From the NCBI RefSeq assembly GCF_004010195.1, contig NC_057719.1, forward strand, positions 68,624,622 to 68,688,621: a stretch of DNA of 64,000 bases, written 5' to 3'. Positions within the stretch are counted from its first letter, which is position 1. Each line of letters begins with the position of its first letter. Below the pieces are notes generated by a model, which saw only the letters and a list, made by a program, of their open reading frames with translations, made no database searches and was not told the origin of the DNA. The position numbers were made by a program, and so were the translations under genes. This stretch comes from Chiloscyllium plagiosum. Lineage: Eukaryota. Shown piece by piece: positions 61,571-64,000 of this stretch.

Positions 61571-62216
61571 GACCTGAAGGTTGTAACAAGTATTGTGATG
61601 TTATATCTTTATTTTAAAGTGAATATAGTGTTCAGTATAGAATACACTGCTACATAAATTGTTAATATTGAAATATTTGTAAATCAATATGTACCTCACA
61701 TTTGTTATGTTCACAGCAAATGCCTGTCTTGTCTGTTGCAAGTTTAAATTTGAAAGACAATTGCAGTTTTAACTACTTGTTTCTCTTTTAATTTGTTTGT
61801 TTATTTCTCATTTACTGTTTACAACTATATTGGCTACATTCTTTCTGTCACAGTGAATGACCACAGAATTTACTTTGAAGGCTGCAGTAGCTGTTAGTGC
61901 AGTTTTTTTCTCTAGCACACATTGTACTATTAAAGACTGTGATGTTGTAATTTGCAACAGGTTCAGATCCCACTTTTTGGTGTTCAATGTTCTATCAAGA
62001 AAACAGTGAGTAGTCTTGCAAAGTGAAGTTTAAAGCTAATGAAATTATTTTTGTTTGGAATTTGAAAAAACTTTAATCAGAAATGCAACTGAAAGTTGGA
62101 GACTGATGAGTATACAGAAGTTTGTAAACACAAGAGCTGAACTTCATTTTCCATAAATAGAAAACCATATTGGAGTTGACATTGTGGCACTCTGCTTTAA
62201 ACGCAGCAAGGGGACC

Positions 62217-62325
62217 CTCTTGTGGCACAGTTGTAGTGTCCCTGCTCCTGAATTGAGAGTTCCGGGTTCAAGTCCCACCTGCTCCATAGATGTATAATAG
62301 CATCTCCAAACAGCTTGATAAGAAA
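62217..62325 (+). mobile_element. Short tRNA-derived SINE
   Basis: gtggcacagttgtagtgtcc...ccgggttcaagtcccacc; related to 13203-13315. Confidence 0.55.
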
Positions 62326-62629
62326 AGGTAGGTTAAACCCAATAACAGTGGCAAACTAGAAGCTGCAATAGAATAGGACCATGAGGTATTTTTGTAAGGA
62401 AAATTTGATATTACACTGGAACAAGAGAAGATACCCATATTTGATATTCCAAATTATTTTAAAGATTATGTGGTGGAATTGAGAGAGAGCTTCAAAGTGC
62501 ATTAGTAGTCAGTTCCTTCAAGTAAATTTTAGTTGATATTTATTGAATTTACAACAGTCTGTTGATTGTCAACCAGCCCCTATTGATGTTACTCCTCCAT
62601 ATTTGCAAAAGTTGTAATTCATGTGTTTG

Positions 62630-63330
62630 TTATACATATATTCTGTTCCTCTTTTCATCTACACCTATCTAACCTATCCTTAAATATTGATATGATTCCT
62701 GTTTCCTTCACAAACATCTGTAATTACATGGCCTTACAACCCTCTGGAAAGAAGAAAAGGCTTTCTTTTCTGATCTGTGATCAAAATCTTTAATGTTCTG
62801 TCTGTGTCCTCTCATTCTAAACTCTTCAACCATGGTAAAGGTTGTGTTTATTTCCTTTTCCCATGCCTTCATAATTTTAACTACTTTAATTAAATCACTC
62901 GATCATCCCTTCTGCTATAATTAAATCACCCTGTTTTCCCGGTCCTGCTTTTCTTGTTTTAGGCAGGATTTTAGTGATTCTGTGTTGTCTTCTCTGTATT
63001 ACCTTACCAACTTTCTATAAATGTATTCCAACAGTGATATTAATAATGATTTGTACACAGTCAGCATTATGTCTTGACTTTCATATTCTATACTTCTTGC
63101 CATAAAACCTAGTTATTCCAATAAGATTTTTTATGACCTTATCCACATGAAATGCTGCTTTTAATGTCTTGTGAACCTGAACCCCCAAATCTCTCTGCTC
63201 TTCCTGTCATTCAATCTTTCCATATTCAAAGTTTAATTATTACTTTTTTATCCAAAGATGTACACCTCACTCTCACTGACACTAAACTATATATTTTCCC
63301 TTTTTGCGAATTCTGCCATTTTTCAGTACC
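62630..63330 (-). mobile_element. Old CR1 3' fragment
   Basis: acaaccctctggaaagaagaa...tgtcctctcattcta...cttcataattttaactacttt is the reverse of typical CR1 C-terminal segments. Confidence 0.55.
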
Positions 63331-64000
63331 TGCTTGCAGCTTAATTTGGTCCCCAGAATAATAAAACAGAATAAACAGAATTATTTATTATCCTTTCTAT
63401 TTTAGTGTCAGATTTGAATAGCTCTCTCTATTCCTGTATCCAAATTATTAATGTCCAGAGTGAACAAAAATATTTTGGATATTTCTTTAAAAGCAAACAA
63501 ATATGTTCTAGCCTTAACCCTTATGATTTCTGTAATCTTTCACTATTTATAATGTGTATTGCTTTTCAGGAGTTTGGACCAGCATGTTTTGTGTGTTTGT
63601 GCGTGTGTCTGTGTGTGTGTAAAGAAGAAAGTAATGTCTTCCCAAATTGAAAATATTCAACACAATTGAAGAATTAGAGCTGAAGGTCACATCCATCATT
63701 CTTTCATGAGCCAACATAAGCTACAAATAGTTGGGCATATTTTGCATAAGTACAGCAGCTGACCTAACCTCAAATTGAATTGGTCACATGTTCTAACATC
63801 TCTTTGCAGTTTTTATTTTGATCTTGCATGCCTCTGTTTGCTGCCTATCGAGTGCCCGCCTGGGAAAGTTTTATTTTCATTATTGCTGACAGGAACTAAC
63901 ATTTCGTACTAAGTTTGTTGAAATTTATAAATTGAGGCCTAGATCATAATTCCAAATTCTTTTAAGAAAGCTTTGTCTATCCCCAAGCCAAACATTTGGC

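Noticed and set aside
28166..64000. DPH6 exon 4 (expected GAILSDYQR..VENV)
   Set aside because: No matching segment found by eye. It probably lies beyond the window, though a short exon could have been missed.

Overview
Vertebrate genomic DNA, almost certainly from a cartilaginous fish (shark), judged from its HE1-type V-SINEs and HER1/CR1-type LINEs. One host gene is visible: the first three coding exons of DPH6 (diphthine--ammonia ligase, ATPBD4) on the + strand at 18530-18552, 21054-21148 and 27981-28165. They splice GT-AG into one 101-codon frame carrying the PP-loop motif SGGKDS. Everything after 28165 appears to be intron 3, because exon 4 was not found. The rest is dense, nested, decayed transposons: CR1 and L2 LINEs, an L1/Tx1 3' end, Ty3/Gypsy gag and pol remnants, a Harbinger (HARBI1-like) transposase remnant, tRNA-derived SINEs, DeuSINE remnants, and many Penelope-like (PLE, GIY-YIG) fragments. 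The most notable structure is a family of short PLE-derived insertions with target-site duplications (TSDs), some of them fold-back, that carry minimal hammerhead-ribozyme cores (CTGANGA...GAAA). An intact-looking hammerhead sits at 50349-50383. There are also repeat-poor, motif-rich intervals that may be conserved enhancers, and a 408-nt assembly gap just upstream of DPH6 exon 1. All family assignments come from manual translation and remembered motifs. No database search was run, and repeat boundaries are approximate.
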